A stretch of DNA of 32,000 nucleotides from Horticoccus luteus. Its GTDB lineage: Bacteria; Verrucomicrobiota; Verrucomicrobiia; Opitutales; Opitutaceae. Positions within the stretch are counted from its first letter, which is position 1. Each line of letters starts with the position of its first letter. Below, piece by piece: positions 8,985 to 18,134 of this stretch. The stretch spans positions 3,330,001 through 3,362,000 of the forward strand of contig NZ_CP080507.1 of assembly GCF_019464535.1 (NCBI RefSeq). Reading direction: 5' to 3'. The position numbers and the translations under genes are program-made. The notes under the pieces are model-generated. The model did no database searches and had not been told where the DNA came from. It worked only from the letters and a program-made list of their open reading frames with translations.

Positions 8985-11339
8985 TTAGAACCGGGTGCCA
9001 AAAGAAAAGTTAAACTGGTTTCCTTTTTTGGCGGCCTTGTCGCCCGTGAGCGGAATGCCCAAATCGAGGCTCAAAGGCGCTCCCGCCACAAACAGGCGGA
9101 TGCCAAAACCGAAATTGTCGTGGTAGTCGGAGGGGTTGAAATCGTAGGCCCCTTTGTTCACGAAGCCGGCGTCGTAAAACACGGCGAAGCGGATCGGGCT
9201 GACGATATCCATGGAGTATTCAGCGCTGAACATCCCGTAAGACTTGCCACCGATGGGCTCGCCCACTCGGTCGCGCGGACTCACATCGTAATACTCGAAG
9301 CCGCGCAAAGTCGTCGGGCCACCGAGATAGAATCGATTGTAATAAGGCACGTCCGTGCTGCGCCCATAGTTCTGGATGACGCCCGCACGAGCCAGGAGAC
9401 TCAACACCTGGGTTTGCGTTTCGAAGATCGGGAAGAACTGCGCTCCGCGGAATTCCAAGCGATAGTAGTCTTCGCTGCCTCCCAAAACGCCGCCCGCAAC
9501 ATCAGCATCAAACTCCACGCGGTTGCCCATCGTGGTGTTGATGATCTTGTCCCGCGTATCACGCAGAAGCTGCAAACCGACTCGGGAGATATAATGTTTT
9601 CCCGCGTAGTCGCTGATGTAAACCGAGGCATCAGGCGAGACGTTGGTGATGTCGATGAAGCCAAAACTGTAAGAGACGCGGCCTTCGACCAGTTCGAAGA
9701 GGCGCTTGCGCAGATAAACTTCGGCGTTGGTTTGGACCTGCGTGTAATAGCTGCTGTTGTAATCGGATGACTGACGCGAGAGGTTGAAGCCAAGCGCGAG
9801 TTCGCGTTGCAGGAACCACGGCTCCTCAAAGGAGAGCGTGGCTTCACTGGACAGCGAGCCGAGTTGCAAACGCAGCCGGAACTTCTGGCCATCGCCCTGA
9901 AAGAGCGAGCGACGGTTGAATAAGTCGAAATTGGATTGGGAAACTTCCGCGAAAACGGTCGCGCGTTCCAGCGAGCTGAAACCGGCGCCGAACGTCAAAT
10001 TGCCGGTGCGCCCTTCCTTGACCGCGACACGGAGGTTGCGGCGTCCAGGGATGTTCGTGTCCTGCGGCGAAAGATTCACATCGTCGAAAAACCGCGTGTT
10101 CTCGAGACGCAGCTTGCTGATTTTCATCCGCACGCTGTTGAACACATCGCCCGGTCCGAGCGTAAGTTCGCGCAGGATCACGGTGCTTTTGGACTTGGTG
10201 TTCCCCTCGATGACGATCGACTCGACGTGGAATTTGTCGCTCTCGTTCACATCGTATTGGATATCGATGTTACCGGTCGCGATGTTCGGCTTGCGCGACA
10301 AGCGCACGCGGGTGTCGAGATAGCCGTCGCGGCCGTAAAAATCCTCGAGCCGCTCCACATCCTTATCGAGTTTTGACGGCGCGAAAATCGCGCCGCTCTT
10401 TTGGCGCACCACGCGGCCGAGCAATTGCGAGGAATAGAGTTTGTTTCCGCTGAACGTAATTGCGCCCACGCGGTAGCGGCGGCCTTCCACCACGCGGATC
10501 GTGATCAACAGTTTCGAAGGCGTTGGGTAGTCGTAGGAGATCTTGTCAGGCGCGATCTCGACGTCGAGATACCCTTGTTCGCGGTAGAAATCGCGCAGCT
10601 TGTCGAGGTCGTCTTCGAACTGCTCGTCCTTGAAACGCCCGGATCCCGTCAACCAAGAGAACATCCACCATTTCTTCGTCTCCATCTCTTTGCGCAACCG
10701 GCGGTCCTTGACGTTGGCATTGCCGACGAAACGCACCGCGGCGATCTTCACCTTGGCGCCTTCCTTGATCTTGAAAATAATTGTGCCGAAGCCAGTGCTC
10801 CGATCGCGGTCGATCGCGTAATTGACCGACACTTGGTTGTAACCGCTCTTCTGATAATATTCGCGCAACTTTTCGACGTCCTCTTTGACCTGGCGCTCAT
10901 CGAGCGAGGTATTTGGCTTGGACTTCACTTCCTTTTCCAAGCGCTTCGATTTCACCGCTTTATTGCCTTCAAAGCGCACCGCCAGCACGCGAAACTTGGG
11001 GGTGATCTCCACCACGAGGTTCACAGTGTGATCCGGGAGGACCTCGCGTTTGACTTCGATGAACTCAAACAAACCGGTCTTATAGAGCGAACGAATGTCG
11101 CGATCGATCATCGCCTCGTCGAGTTCGCCGCCCTCATGGACTTGCATGTTGGCGCGCACAACCTGCTCGCTGACAATCGCGTTGCCGATGAATTTGACCG
11201 CGATCTTGCCGACGCGATAGACCGGCGCTTCCGGAGCGCGCTGGGCATAGCCGGTCGTCAAACCGGCTAATAATAAGAGACCAAACGCAAAGAAAGCGCC
11301 GATGGCCCGGCGATGCGGGCTACTGAGTGAAGTTTTCAA
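8985..11339 (-). CDS. bamA: Outer membrane protein assembly factor BamA
   Basis: 784 aa. A signal peptide is followed by about five POTRA-like units (repeated I..I.F.GN...S...L patterns). The C-terminal beta-barrel ends ...FNFSFGTRF with a terminal aromatic residue. Confidence 0.9.
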   Translation of the reverse strand: MKTSLSSPHRRAIGAFFAFGLLLLAGLTTGYAQRAPEAPVYRVGKIAVKFIGNAIVSEQVVRANMQVHEGGELDEAMIDRDIRSLYKTGLFEFIEVKREVLPDHTVNLVVEITPKFRVLAVRFEGNKAVKSKRLEKEVKSKPNTSLDERQVKEDVEKLREYYQKSGYNQVSVNYAIDRDRSTGFGTIIFKIKEGAKVKIAAVRFVGNANVKDRRLRKEMETKKWWMFSWLTGSGRFKDEQFEDDLDKLRDFYREQGYLDVEIAPDKISYDYPTPSKLLITIRVVEGRRYRVGAITFSGNKLYSSQLLGRVVRQKSGAIFAPSKLDKDVERLEDFYGRDGYLDTRVRLSRKPNIATGNIDIQYDVNESDKFHVESIVIEGNTKSKSTVILRELTLGPGDVFNSVRMKISKLRLENTRFFDDVNLSPQDTNIPGRRNLRVAVKEGRTGNLTFGAGFSSLERATVFAEVSQSNFDLFNRRSLFQGDGQKFRLRLQLGSLSSEATLSFEEPWFLQRELALGFNLSRQSSDYNSSYYTQVQTNAEVYLRKRLFELVEGRVSYSFGFIDITNVSPDASVYISDYAGKHYISRVGLQLLRDTRDKIINTTMGNRVEFDADVAGGVLGGSEDYYRLEFRGAQFFPIFETQTQVLSLLARAGVIQNYGRSTDVPYYNRFYLGGPTTLRGFEYYDVSPRDRVGEPIGGKSYGMFSAEYSMDIVSPIRFAVFYDAGFVNKGAYDFNPSDYHDNFGFGIRLFVAGAPLSLDLGIPLTGDKAAKKGNQFNFSFGTRF

Positions 11340-12723
11340 AGCGGGTGATGTCTCTTAGGAACGTAAGCTTCAATTCTCCTACCGGTCCGTTTCGCTGCTT
11401 GGCAACGATTAACTCCGCCGAGTCCGCGGCGGTTTGGAATTTCTCGTCTGCATCTTTGGGTCGGGCAAGCATCAGGACAACGTCGGCGTCTTGCTCGATC
11501 GAGCCGGACTCGCGCAAGTCGGAAAGCCGAGGCGTGCGGTTGTCCTTCTCGGACGAGCGGTTGAGCTGGGATAATACAAGCACGGGGACGTCGAGTTCCT
11601 TCGCCAACGCCTTCAATCCACGGGAAGCTTCCGCCACTTGCTGCTCCCGCGGCACGCTGGAGTCGATCGGACTCATCAGTTGCAAGTAATCGACGATAAT
11701 AAATCCAAGTTTGCGCCGGGCGTGCACGCGACGCGCCTTGGCCCGCAGCTGCATGATCGACATGCTGCTTGAATCGTCGATGTAGATCGGCGCCTTGGAC
11801 AATTCGTCCGCCGCCTTCAAAAGCTCCTGTTGCTCGGTCCCGTTCTTCGACAGCAGCCCCTCGCGCAGAAGCTTCATGTTGATGCGCGCGCGTGAGCACA
11901 ACATACGCAACGCCAGTTGCGCGGCGCTCATTTCCAACGAGAAGATCAGAGTCGCCGCAGATTCGCCCTTCTTCGGCAGGGCCGCATAATCCGCGATATT
12001 CAGCGCGAAACTCGTCTTACCCATCGATGGTCGGGCCGCGAGGATGATCATTTCCTGCCGCTGAAACCCAAAGGTCATTTTATCGAGGTCATGAAACCCC
12101 GACGGCACTCCCGTGAGCTCTCCTTTCTTCATCATCATTTTCGTGATGATGTTCATCGCCTCGCGCGCCGGCTCCTTCATCGGCTTCGCCGAGTCCGAGA
12201 CGCGATTCTGCGTCACGGCGAACATATCCTTCTCCACCTGATCGATGAACTCGTCGACGCTGCCGGTCAGCCCAAACGAGCGCTCCACAATATCGCCGGC
12301 GGCGTGAATGACCTCGCGGAGCACATGCAGATCGCGCACTCTTTCGATAAAGTAAGGCGCCTGCGCCGTCGTCGGGATGCGCGAGCTGACTTGGCTCATA
12401 TACGCATAGCCGCCGACCGCCGCGAGTTTCCCCTCGGCCTTCAACTCCTCCGCCACGACGGCGATCTCCATCGGCAGACTCCGATGGTAAAGGTCCGTCA
12501 GCTTTTCGAATATCAGCTGGTTGGCCGGCGCGAAAAACGCCTTCGGCGTGAGTTTGTCCTCGAGGCAACGCGCCACCGTATCGGTGCCGTCGATGAAACA
12601 GCAGGAAAGCAAATACTCCTCCGCCTCCAGGCTGTGCGGCAATTCCCGGCCGAACATCGCCGGCGCCGCACGTTCCGTGCGCGGACTGCGCGCCGGAACA
12701 GAAGCAGAATCAGAATCAGCCAT
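11320..12723 (-). CDS. dnaB: Replicative DNA helicase DnaB
   Basis: Motifs present are LPHSLEAEEYLLSCCF at the N-terminus, Walker A ARPSMGKTSFALN, then SLEMS, IIVDYLQLM, SQLNR and ESGSIEQDAD. The ORF-track start at 12762 is a TTG directly next to the rplI terminator, so the ATG at 12723 is preferred. Confidence 0.93.
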   Translation of the reverse strand: MADSDSASVPARSPRTERAAPAMFGRELPHSLEAEEYLLSCCFIDGTDTVARCLEDKLTPKAFFAPANQLIFEKLTDLYHRSLPMEIAVVAEELKAEGKLAAVGGYAYMSQVSSRIPTTAQAPYFIERVRDLHVLREVIHAAGDIVERSFGLTGSVDEFIDQVEKDMFAVTQNRVSDSAKPMKEPAREAMNIITKMMMKKGELTGVPSGFHDLDKMTFGFQRQEMIILAARPSMGKTSFALNIADYAALPKKGESAATLIFSLEMSAAQLALRMLCSRARINMKLLREGLLSKNGTEQQELLKAADELSKAPIYIDDSSSMSIMQLRAKARRVHARRKLGFIIVDYLQLMSPIDSSVPREQQVAEASRGLKALAKELDVPVLVLSQLNRSSEKDNRTPRLSDLRESGSIEQDADVVLMLARPKDADEKFQTAADSAELIVAKQRNGPVGELKLTFLRDITRFENFTQ

Positions 12724-12763
12724 GAGATGCTTATCGGAAGATGAATCGACTCGCCGCGCCAAT

Positions 12764-12793
12764 CAAAAAGCCGCGCCCGGTCGGGGCGCGGCT
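12764..12793 (-). terminator. Rho-independent terminator downstream of rplI
   Basis: The minus strand has a 10-bp GC stem (AGCCGCGCCC / GGGCGCGGCT) with a short loop, followed by TTTTTGATT. Confidence 0.7.
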
Positions 12794-12818
12794 CTCAAAA
12801 ACAGCCGGTGAAAAACGC

Positions 12819-13307
12819 TTATTTCTGCTCCTCGACCGGTGCCACTTCGACCGGATTCTCGGAGACGACGTCGAAAGCCAACTCAACGCTCACTTCCTGG
12901 TGCAGACGCACCTTCACCTCGTGCTTGCCGATCGTCTTTACCGGCGTGTGCAGATGGATGCGTTTCTTGTCGATGGTCACCCCGCCCGCGACGAGTTTCT
13001 CGTGCACGTCGTTCGCGGTGATCGCCCCGAACATCTTGCCGCCCTCGCCCGTCTTCACGACGAAAACGATGCTCATTTTCTCGAGCTTGTGAGCGAGTTC
13101 CTGCGCGCCGTTCAGCTCTTGCGCCTCACGCTCGCCGCGGCGTTTTTTTAACGCCTCGATCTGCTTGCGATTCGCATTCGTGACCGGCACCGCAATGTGG
13201 CGGGGCAGCAGGAAATTGCGGGCATAGCCCGCGCGGACTTTGACTTGATCGCCTTCGCCGCCGAGACCTTCGACGGGTTGGACAAGGAGGACTTCACTGT
13301 AGGCCAT
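12819..13307 (-). CDS. rplI: 50S ribosomal protein L9
   Basis: 162 aa. MAYSEVLLVQPVEGLGGEGDQVKVRAGYARNFLLPRHIAV is a typical L9 N-domain. Confidence 0.95.
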   Translation of the reverse strand: MAYSEVLLVQPVEGLGGEGDQVKVRAGYARNFLLPRHIAVPVTNANRKQIEALKKRRGEREAQELNGAQELAHKLEKMSIVFVVKTGEGGKMFGAITANDVHEKLVAGGVTIDKKRIHLHTPVKTIGKHEVKVRLHQEVSVELAFDVVSENPVEVAPVEEQK

Positions 13308-13354
13308 GGGACTGAGTAGTTAAAAGGTTGATGGTAAATACGAACTCGGCCGGT

Positions 13355-13825
13355 TCAGAACGGCACATCTTCATCTAAGTTTTCGGGAGGCGCCGCGGGG
13401 CGCGGTGAAGCAGCCCGTGGTGCCGGCGAATGCTGCTCGGGCGTCTTTTCGCCTTCCTCGCCGGCGGCACCACCTGAAGCACCGTCGCGCCGGCCTTCAC
13501 CGAGAAACTGAAAGTTTTCGAGCACGACCTTGAGACGGCTGCGTTTCTGGCCTGAGGTTTTGTCCTCCCATTGGTCGAAGCGCAGACGCCCTTCAACAAA
13601 CAACGGCCGGCCCTTCGAGCAATACTTCGAAATCGTCTCGCCCTGACGGCCCCAAGCTTCGATATCGACAAACGTCGTTTCATCGCGCGCGGCGCCGGAC
13701 TCGTCCTTGAACTGACGGTTGATCGCGAGTCCAAACTGGCAAATAGCGGTTCCCTTCGGAGTGACCCGCAACTCCGGGTCGCGCGTCAGGTTGCCGATCA
13801 GCATAACCTTGTTGTAATTTGCCAT
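13355..13825 (-). CDS. ssb: Single-stranded DNA-binding protein
   Basis: MANYNKVMLIGNLTRDPELR... forms the OB fold, followed by a Gly/Pro/Ala-rich linker and the acidic tip DEDVPF. The ORF-track N-terminal extension to 14029 overlaps rpsF and is rejected. Confidence 0.9.
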   Translation of the reverse strand: MANYNKVMLIGNLTRDPELRVTPKGTAICQFGLAINRQFKDESGAARDETTFVDIEAWGRQGETISKYCSKGRPLFVEGRLRFDQWEDKTSGQKRSRLKVVLENFQFLGEGRRDGASGGAAGEEGEKTPEQHSPAPRAASPRPAAPPENLDEDVPF

Positions 13826-13847
13826 GGCCGTAGCGGACCGCAGGTCC

Positions 13848-14144
13848 TTAAGCGGACTGCACGAACGTCCGGTAAACGCTATTATTGAGGTGCAGACGAT
13901 CTTTGAGCTGCGCCGGCCCTTCCGGAGGCGCGCTGAAAGTGACCTGCACATACGTGCCGCCGTTGAATTTGCGGTCGGTGACGCGCGTGAAGTCGCGTTT
14001 GCCGAGGTTTTCCACGGCGGAAACCTCACCGTTGACGGCAGTGATTTCTTTTTTCACGCCCTCGACGATTTGGTCGATGGAGTCCTCTTGACCGCGATTA
14101 TCGAGGATGAAGGTGGCGCGGTAGTTACGCTTGGTCGGATTCAT
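13848..14144 (-). CDS. rpsF: 30S ribosomal protein S6
   Basis: 98 aa (MNPTKRNYRATFILD...GEVSAVENLGKRDF...), S6-like, in the usual position upstream of ssb. Confidence 0.9.
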   Translation of the reverse strand: MNPTKRNYRATFILDNRGQEDSIDQIVEGVKKEITAVNGEVSAVENLGKRDFTRVTDRKFNGGTYVQVTFSAPPEGPAQLKDRLHLNNSVYRTFVQSA

Positions 14145-14715
14145 GTGGCTCTCTGCGATTTAAATGATTCATGGCTTGGTCCACGCCTCTTGAAAGGAGG
14201 AGGTCCAATCCTTGGAGATAAGTGTCAAACTGACGGTCGATGATGAGTTGTTGGTCGGGAGAAAATTTTCCTAAAACGAAATCCTTGAGATCCATTTCCT
14301 TGGGCAGCTTCGGGCCAATGCCCAGACGATAGCGGATGAAATCGTCACCGAGGTGCTCAAGCAAGCTCGCGACCCCATTGTGGCCGCCTGCACTGCCCCG
14401 CTCGCTTACTTTAATTCGGCCGACATCCAGCCCAACGTCGTCATAAATGACGAGCACTTCCTTCGGAGGGATCCGGTGAAAGCGCGCCAACGCTGCTACG
14501 GCGCGACCGCTCTCATTCATGAACGTTTGCGGCTTCATGAGCCACAATCGCAGACTGGGGAGACGCGTTACCTCGGCCTCGAAGCGCGGCGCGGAAGACC
14601 ACACCAGCTTTTGCGCGCGGGCATACGCTTCAAGGACGACCCAACCCAAGTTGTGGCGCGTCGCCGCGTAGGCGGAGCCCGGGTTGCCGAGCGCGGCAAC
14701 GAGCGAAATGGACAT
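14125..14715 (-). CDS. pth: Peptidyl-tRNA hydrolase
   Basis: 196 aa with LVAALGNPGSAYAATRHNLGW and the GSAGGHNG motifs. It follows the L25/Ctc gene, as is common. Confidence 0.9.
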   Translation of the reverse strand: MSISLVAALGNPGSAYAATRHNLGWVVLEAYARAQKLVWSSAPRFEAEVTRLPSLRLWLMKPQTFMNESGRAVAALARFHRIPPKEVLVIYDDVGLDVGRIKVSERGSAGGHNGVASLLEHLGDDFIRYRLGIGPKLPKEMDLKDFVLGKFSPDQQLIIDRQFDTYLQGLDLLLSRGVDQAMNHLNRREPHESDQA

Positions 14716-14731
14716 AACTCAAAGAACAACG

Positions 14732-14765
14732 GTGCGGCCAGCCACGGTCAAGTGACCGGCCGCAC
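14732..14765 (-). terminator. Imperfect long hairpin between rplY and pth (possible attenuating terminator)
   Basis: GTGCGGCC...GGTCA-AG-TGACC-GGCCGCAC. On the minus strand it is followed by CGTTGTTCTTTGAG, which is only moderately T-rich. Confidence 0.35.
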
Positions 14766-14774
14766 GAAAAACGC

Positions 14775-15500
14775 TTACTTCTTGGCCGGAGCCGCCGCCG
14801 CCTTCGCCGGCGCAGCGCCCGCGGCAGCCTTGGCGTCGGGGGCCGGTGTCGCGCCAGCCGCCGGGGCCGCCGCGCCTGCCGCCGGAGCCGCCGCGCCTGC
14901 CGAAGGCGTCGCCGCCACCGTCTCGGTGACGATTTCAGCCACCGGCTCCACGCATGAGACAACCGGCTGCCCTTTGGGATCGAGAAACTCGACGCCCTCG
15001 ATCGGCTTCATGCCCCCGATCTTGATTGTCTCGCCGACCTTCAGCTCGGTCACATCCACGGCAATCGACTCCGGGAGATCCTTGGGCAAAACGCGCACCC
15101 GCAGATAGGGAGTGGCCGTTTCCAAAACGCCGTTTTGCGTCTTTACGCCAAATGACTCGCCCGTGATGGCCACCGGCACGCGGATTTCAAATTTCTCGTC
15201 GGCCTTCACCTCGTGAAGATCGACGTGCAAAAAACGGTCCGTGATGGGATCGCGCTGCACTTCTTGAAGAAACGACAGCGCCTTGTTGCCTTGGTCTTGC
15301 CGCGTGAGCTCGATCAGCACGGCGCGACCGGCCACCGTCTTGAGCAACCGGGTGAACTCCGGCACGTCGAGTGAAAGCTTTTCGGGCGATGACTGCTTCC
15401 CGTAAAGAATCGCGGGAATGCGGTTAACCTTGCGCAAACGGCGCGAGGCACTGCGACCCGTGTGGTCGCGCGTGGCAATATTTAGCGTGAACTGTTTCAT
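14775..15500 (-). CDS. rplY: 50S ribosomal protein L25 / general stress protein Ctc
   Basis: MKQFTLNIATRDHTGRSASRRLRKVNRIPAILYG... is the L25 N-domain, followed by a Ctc-type C-domain and an Ala/Pro/Lys-rich tail. The start is set at the ATG at 15500, not the ORF-track 15557. Confidence 0.9.
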   Translation of the reverse strand: MKQFTLNIATRDHTGRSASRRLRKVNRIPAILYGKQSSPEKLSLDVPEFTRLLKTVAGRAVLIELTRQDQGNKALSFLQEVQRDPITDRFLHVDLHEVKADEKFEIRVPVAITGESFGVKTQNGVLETATPYLRVRVLPKDLPESIAVDVTELKVGETIKIGGMKPIEGVEFLDPKGQPVVSCVEPVAEIVTETVAATPSAGAAAPAAGAAAPAAGATPAPDAKAAAGAAPAKAAAAPAKK

Positions 15501-15703
15501 GAATTCGTTCCCCCTGAGACCTCGGCATGAGGGCAGGCGTAGTGAAAAGAGGGTCACGTGATACGTTCGTCAGGAGGGAACGCAATCAAAACTTTGGCGG
15601 GTCCGGGAATTTCTCCTTCGTTGGTCAAAAGGAGCATTGACAGGAATGAAACCGGTCCTGTTGTTCATCGCCTCTTCGCACACGTGAGCGTGCGACGCCA
15701 CAT

Positions 15704-15778
<75 letters not shown>

Positions 15779-15946
15779 TTTCGCGCAAAAAGATGTGCAA
15801 TCGGCGCCAGCGCCCTCCGGTTCTGGCGCATTAACCGCGGCGACCAACGCGGATGCGCCGGCGGAGATGGCGCCACGAAACACCTCACGCGGAATCGCCA
15901 GGGTCGAGTCCAACGTGTCGAGCGTGATGACGGTTCGGACCAGCAA

Positions 15947-16162
15947 ATGGTTCTTGCGGACGAGTTAGTAGCAGTAGAACGCCTCCCGCATGGGACTTTC
16001 GTCGCACGCCGAGCGGAGGTGAACGTGGAGAATCTCGGCGCATGCTCCACGCTCTTCCGTTGGGCCGATGCAGGGAAGATCGTCCGCCACAAAATCAACG
16101 CTCACCTCCCGCTGTCCGACGAAGCCGCGATCGTGTCGCTCGCCCAAGGTGTGCGTGTTTAG
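15947..16162 (+). CDS. Hypothetical small protein with a weak excisionase/MerR-like HTH resemblance
   Basis: 71 aa. The segment AEVNVENLGACSTLFRWADAGKIVRHKI loosely fits the HTH_17 / AlpA-Xis pattern (LG.s..T.yRW...G.i). Codon bias is only moderate and there is no clear RBS. Confidence 0.2.
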   Translation: MVLADELVAVERLPHGTFVARRAEVNVENLGACSTLFRWADAGKIVRHKINAHLPLSDEAAIVSLAQGVRV

Positions 16163-16213
16163 GAGCGATTCCGCGGCGCGACGTCTTCCACTGCCAGTGG
16201 CACGCGCATAGCC

Positions 16214-16295
16214 GGTTTGTCCAAGGACATCAGCGGTTTCGTTCAAGGAATTCGGCTGCGCCGTTCAATCGGCGAACGGGCGTTTTGGCTATCGT
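16214..16295. promoter_or_regulatory. Copy A of a duplicated 82-bp promoter/operator module, upstream of the FixH-like/peroxidase operon
   Basis: Aligns without gaps to 20211-20292 (offset exactly 3997 bp). By my hand count, 54 of the first 59 nt and 66 of all 82 nt are identical. It contains TCCAAGGA-N14-TTCAAGGA and TTCAAT-N20-TATCGT. Confidence 0.6.
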
Positions 16296-16344
16296 GAGTC
16301 CCATCACCGCAATTCCGCGGTGCCCCAACCATACGACACTCCCG

Positions 16345-16809
16345 ATGCACTCGATTCCACGCTTCTCTCATTCCGGCCGCTTCCGGCTCGGTCTTCTTCT
16401 CGGCCTCGTTCTTCTCGGCACCGGCGCCTGCGCCCATTTGGCGATCTGGCCCGGGGAAAAGCCGCCGGCCTCCGAATTCGGCTTCGGCCCGCGGGTCTCC
16501 GAGCACGGCCTCTACACGGTCGCGCTGGAGCCCGCGGAGGCGCTTCGAGCCCGCCGCCTGCAAAAGATTTCCGTGCTCGTCCGTGACGCGGCAGGCCAGG
16601 CGATCAGTGGCGCCACGCTTTCCGTCGACGGCGGTATGCCGCAACACGGACACGGTCTCCCGACGCAGCCGCGCGCCATCCCCGCGTCGGCGCACGGCAC
16701 CTACGCCATCGAAGGGCTTCGCTTCAACATGGGCGGCTGGTGGGTGCTCGCCCTGACGATCGACGGCCCACTTGGCGCCGACCGCGTCATCTTTCACCTC
16801 CAGATCTGA
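16345..16809 (+). CDS. FixH/YtkA-like periplasmic (possibly lipo-) protein with a Met/His motif
   Basis: 154 aa from the ATG at 16345. The hydrophobic leader ends ...LLGTGAC. The C-terminal pattern VLVRDAAGQAISGATLSVDGGMPQHGHG...GTYAIEGLRFNMGGWWVLALTI matches the Ig-like FixH/YtkA-type domain as I remember it. Confidence 0.6.
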   Translation: MHSIPRFSHSGRFRLGLLLGLVLLGTGACAHLAIWPGEKPPASEFGFGPRVSEHGLYTVALEPAEALRARRLQKISVLVRDAAGQAISGATLSVDGGMPQHGHGLPTQPRAIPASAHGTYAIEGLRFNMGGWWVLALTIDGPLGADRVIFHLQI

Positions 16810-16828
16810 GACGCCAAACTTCCCCGCC

Positions 16829-18040
16829 ATGATTCGGATCACCTTTCTCGTCGCGCTCGCCGCGATCCCCGCCGCTCGCGCCGCCGAAGGGTGGAGTCCC
16901 GCTGAAATCGCGGAAATCCGTCACTTCTCGCTCGCCGAACTCGGCGCGCCACCGGCCGATTCCAGCAATCGGTTCGGGGACGATCCGCGCGCCGCGGAAT
17001 TGGGCCGGAAGTTATTTTTCGATCCCCGCCTGAGCGCGAACGGCCGGGTCTCCTGCGCGACCTGCCACCAGCCAGAGCGGGATTTTCAAGATGGCCTGCC
17101 GTTGAGCAAAGGCGTGGGCACGACGAATCGCCGGGCCATGCCCATCGCAGGCACGGCGCATCTTCCCTTCCTCTTCTGGGACGGACGCAAGGATAGCCAA
17201 TGGGCGCAAGCTCTCGGGCCGCTCGAAAGCGCCGTCGAGCACGGTGGCTCCCGAGCGCAATACGCCCACGTGATCGCCGAGCACTATCGTCCCGACTACG
17301 AAGCCATTTTCGGCCGATTGCCGGACCTCGCGTCGGTTCCCGCGCAGGCCGGCCCCGTGGCCGATGCTCACGCCGCTGCGGCGTGGCGCCAGCTATCGGA
17401 AGAGCAGCGCAACGCGGTCACCGGGATCTTTGTGAACCTCGGCAAGGCCATCGCGGCCTACGAGCGCCGGATCGAGCCGGGAAAATCCCGCTTCGATCGG
17501 TATCTCGATTCGTTGCTCGCCACGGGGCGCGCGCCCACCGACGTGCTCACCGCGGATGAACAGGCGGGCCTGCGCCTCTTCGTCGGCAAGGCCAACTGCG
17601 TGCAATGCCACAACGGTCCGCTCTTCACCAATGGTGATTTCCACAACACGGGCGTGCCCGCCATCCCTACCCTCCCGCGCGATCACGGCCGTCGGGATGG
17701 CGCGCGGCAAGTGCTCACGGACGAGTTCAACCGGCACAGCCGATGGAGCGATGCGCGCGCCGAAAGCGCAGAGATTGATTTTGTGAAGCCCAACGCCCGC
17801 GAGCAGGAACGCGCCTTCAAGGTCCCGTCGCTGCGTGGCGTCGGCGAGCGCGCCCCCTACATGCACGCCGGGCAAATCGCCACGCTCTCGGCCGTGCTCC
17901 GTCACTACAACCAAGCCCCCGCCGCTTCCGCCGGTCACAGCGAACTCCATCCGCTGAAACTCGCTGATCACGAACTCACCCAACTCGAGGCGTTTCTCCG
18001 CGCGTTAAGCGCCTCCGCAGCCTCGCCGGCCGGCAAGTGA
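16829..18040 (+). CDS. Di-heme cytochrome c peroxidase (CCP/MauG family)
   Basis: The signal peptide is MIRITFLVALAAIPAARAAEG. There are two CxxCH heme motifs, CATCH and CVQCH (the latter followed by NGPLFTNGDFHNTG), plus PSLRGV...APYMHAG, all typical of bacterial CCPs. The start is set at the ATG at 16829. Confidence 0.9.
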   Translation: MIRITFLVALAAIPAARAAEGWSPAEIAEIRHFSLAELGAPPADSSNRFGDDPRAAELGRKLFFDPRLSANGRVSCATCHQPERDFQDGLPLSKGVGTTNRRAMPIAGTAHLPFLFWDGRKDSQWAQALGPLESAVEHGGSRAQYAHVIAEHYRPDYEAIFGRLPDLASVPAQAGPVADAHAAAAWRQLSEEQRNAVTGIFVNLGKAIAAYERRIEPGKSRFDRYLDSLLATGRAPTDVLTADEQAGLRLFVGKANCVQCHNGPLFTNGDFHNTGVPAIPTLPRDHGRRDGARQVLTDEFNRHSRWSDARAESAEIDFVKPNAREQERAFKVPSLRGVGERAPYMHAGQIATLSAVLRHYNQAPAASAGHSELHPLKLADHELTQLEAFLRALSASAASPAGK

Positions 18041-18071
18041 GCGAGTGCGAAGCTCAACCGAATTTACGGTC

Positions 18072-18134
18072 ATGATTGCTGCCATTGTCATCCTCACGTT
18101 GCTCGTTGCCTTGGTTTCAACCGAGGAGCGATGA
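18072..18134 (+). CDS. Possible 20-codon hydrophobic mini-ORF (MIAAIVILTLLVALVSTEER)
   Basis: ATG at 18072. Its TGA stop overlaps the ATG of the next gene as ATGA (18131-18134). It encodes a single hydrophobic helix. There is no obvious RBS, and it is too short for statistical support. Confidence 0.2.
   Translation: MIAAIVILTLLVALVSTEER

Noticed and set aside
8922-12744. Long plus-strand ORFs (8922-9770, 10401-11270, 11917-12744)
   Set aside because: They are antisense to bamA and dnaB, both of which have unambiguous motifs. The plus-strand products lack any family resemblance and have an Arg/His/Asp-rich shadow-frame composition.
13826-14029. N-terminal extension of the ssb ORF (224-aa version in the ORF track)
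   Set aside because: The extension overlaps rpsF in another frame and is Arg/Ser-rich. The canonical SSB N-terminus MANYNKVMLIGNL starts at the ATG at 13825.
15637-15665. TTGACA-N17-GTTGTT as a sigma-70 promoter for tRNA-Asn
   Set aside because: The -35 hexamer is perfect but the -10 is poor, and promoter consensus for this lineage is unknown. It is not strong enough to list as a feature.
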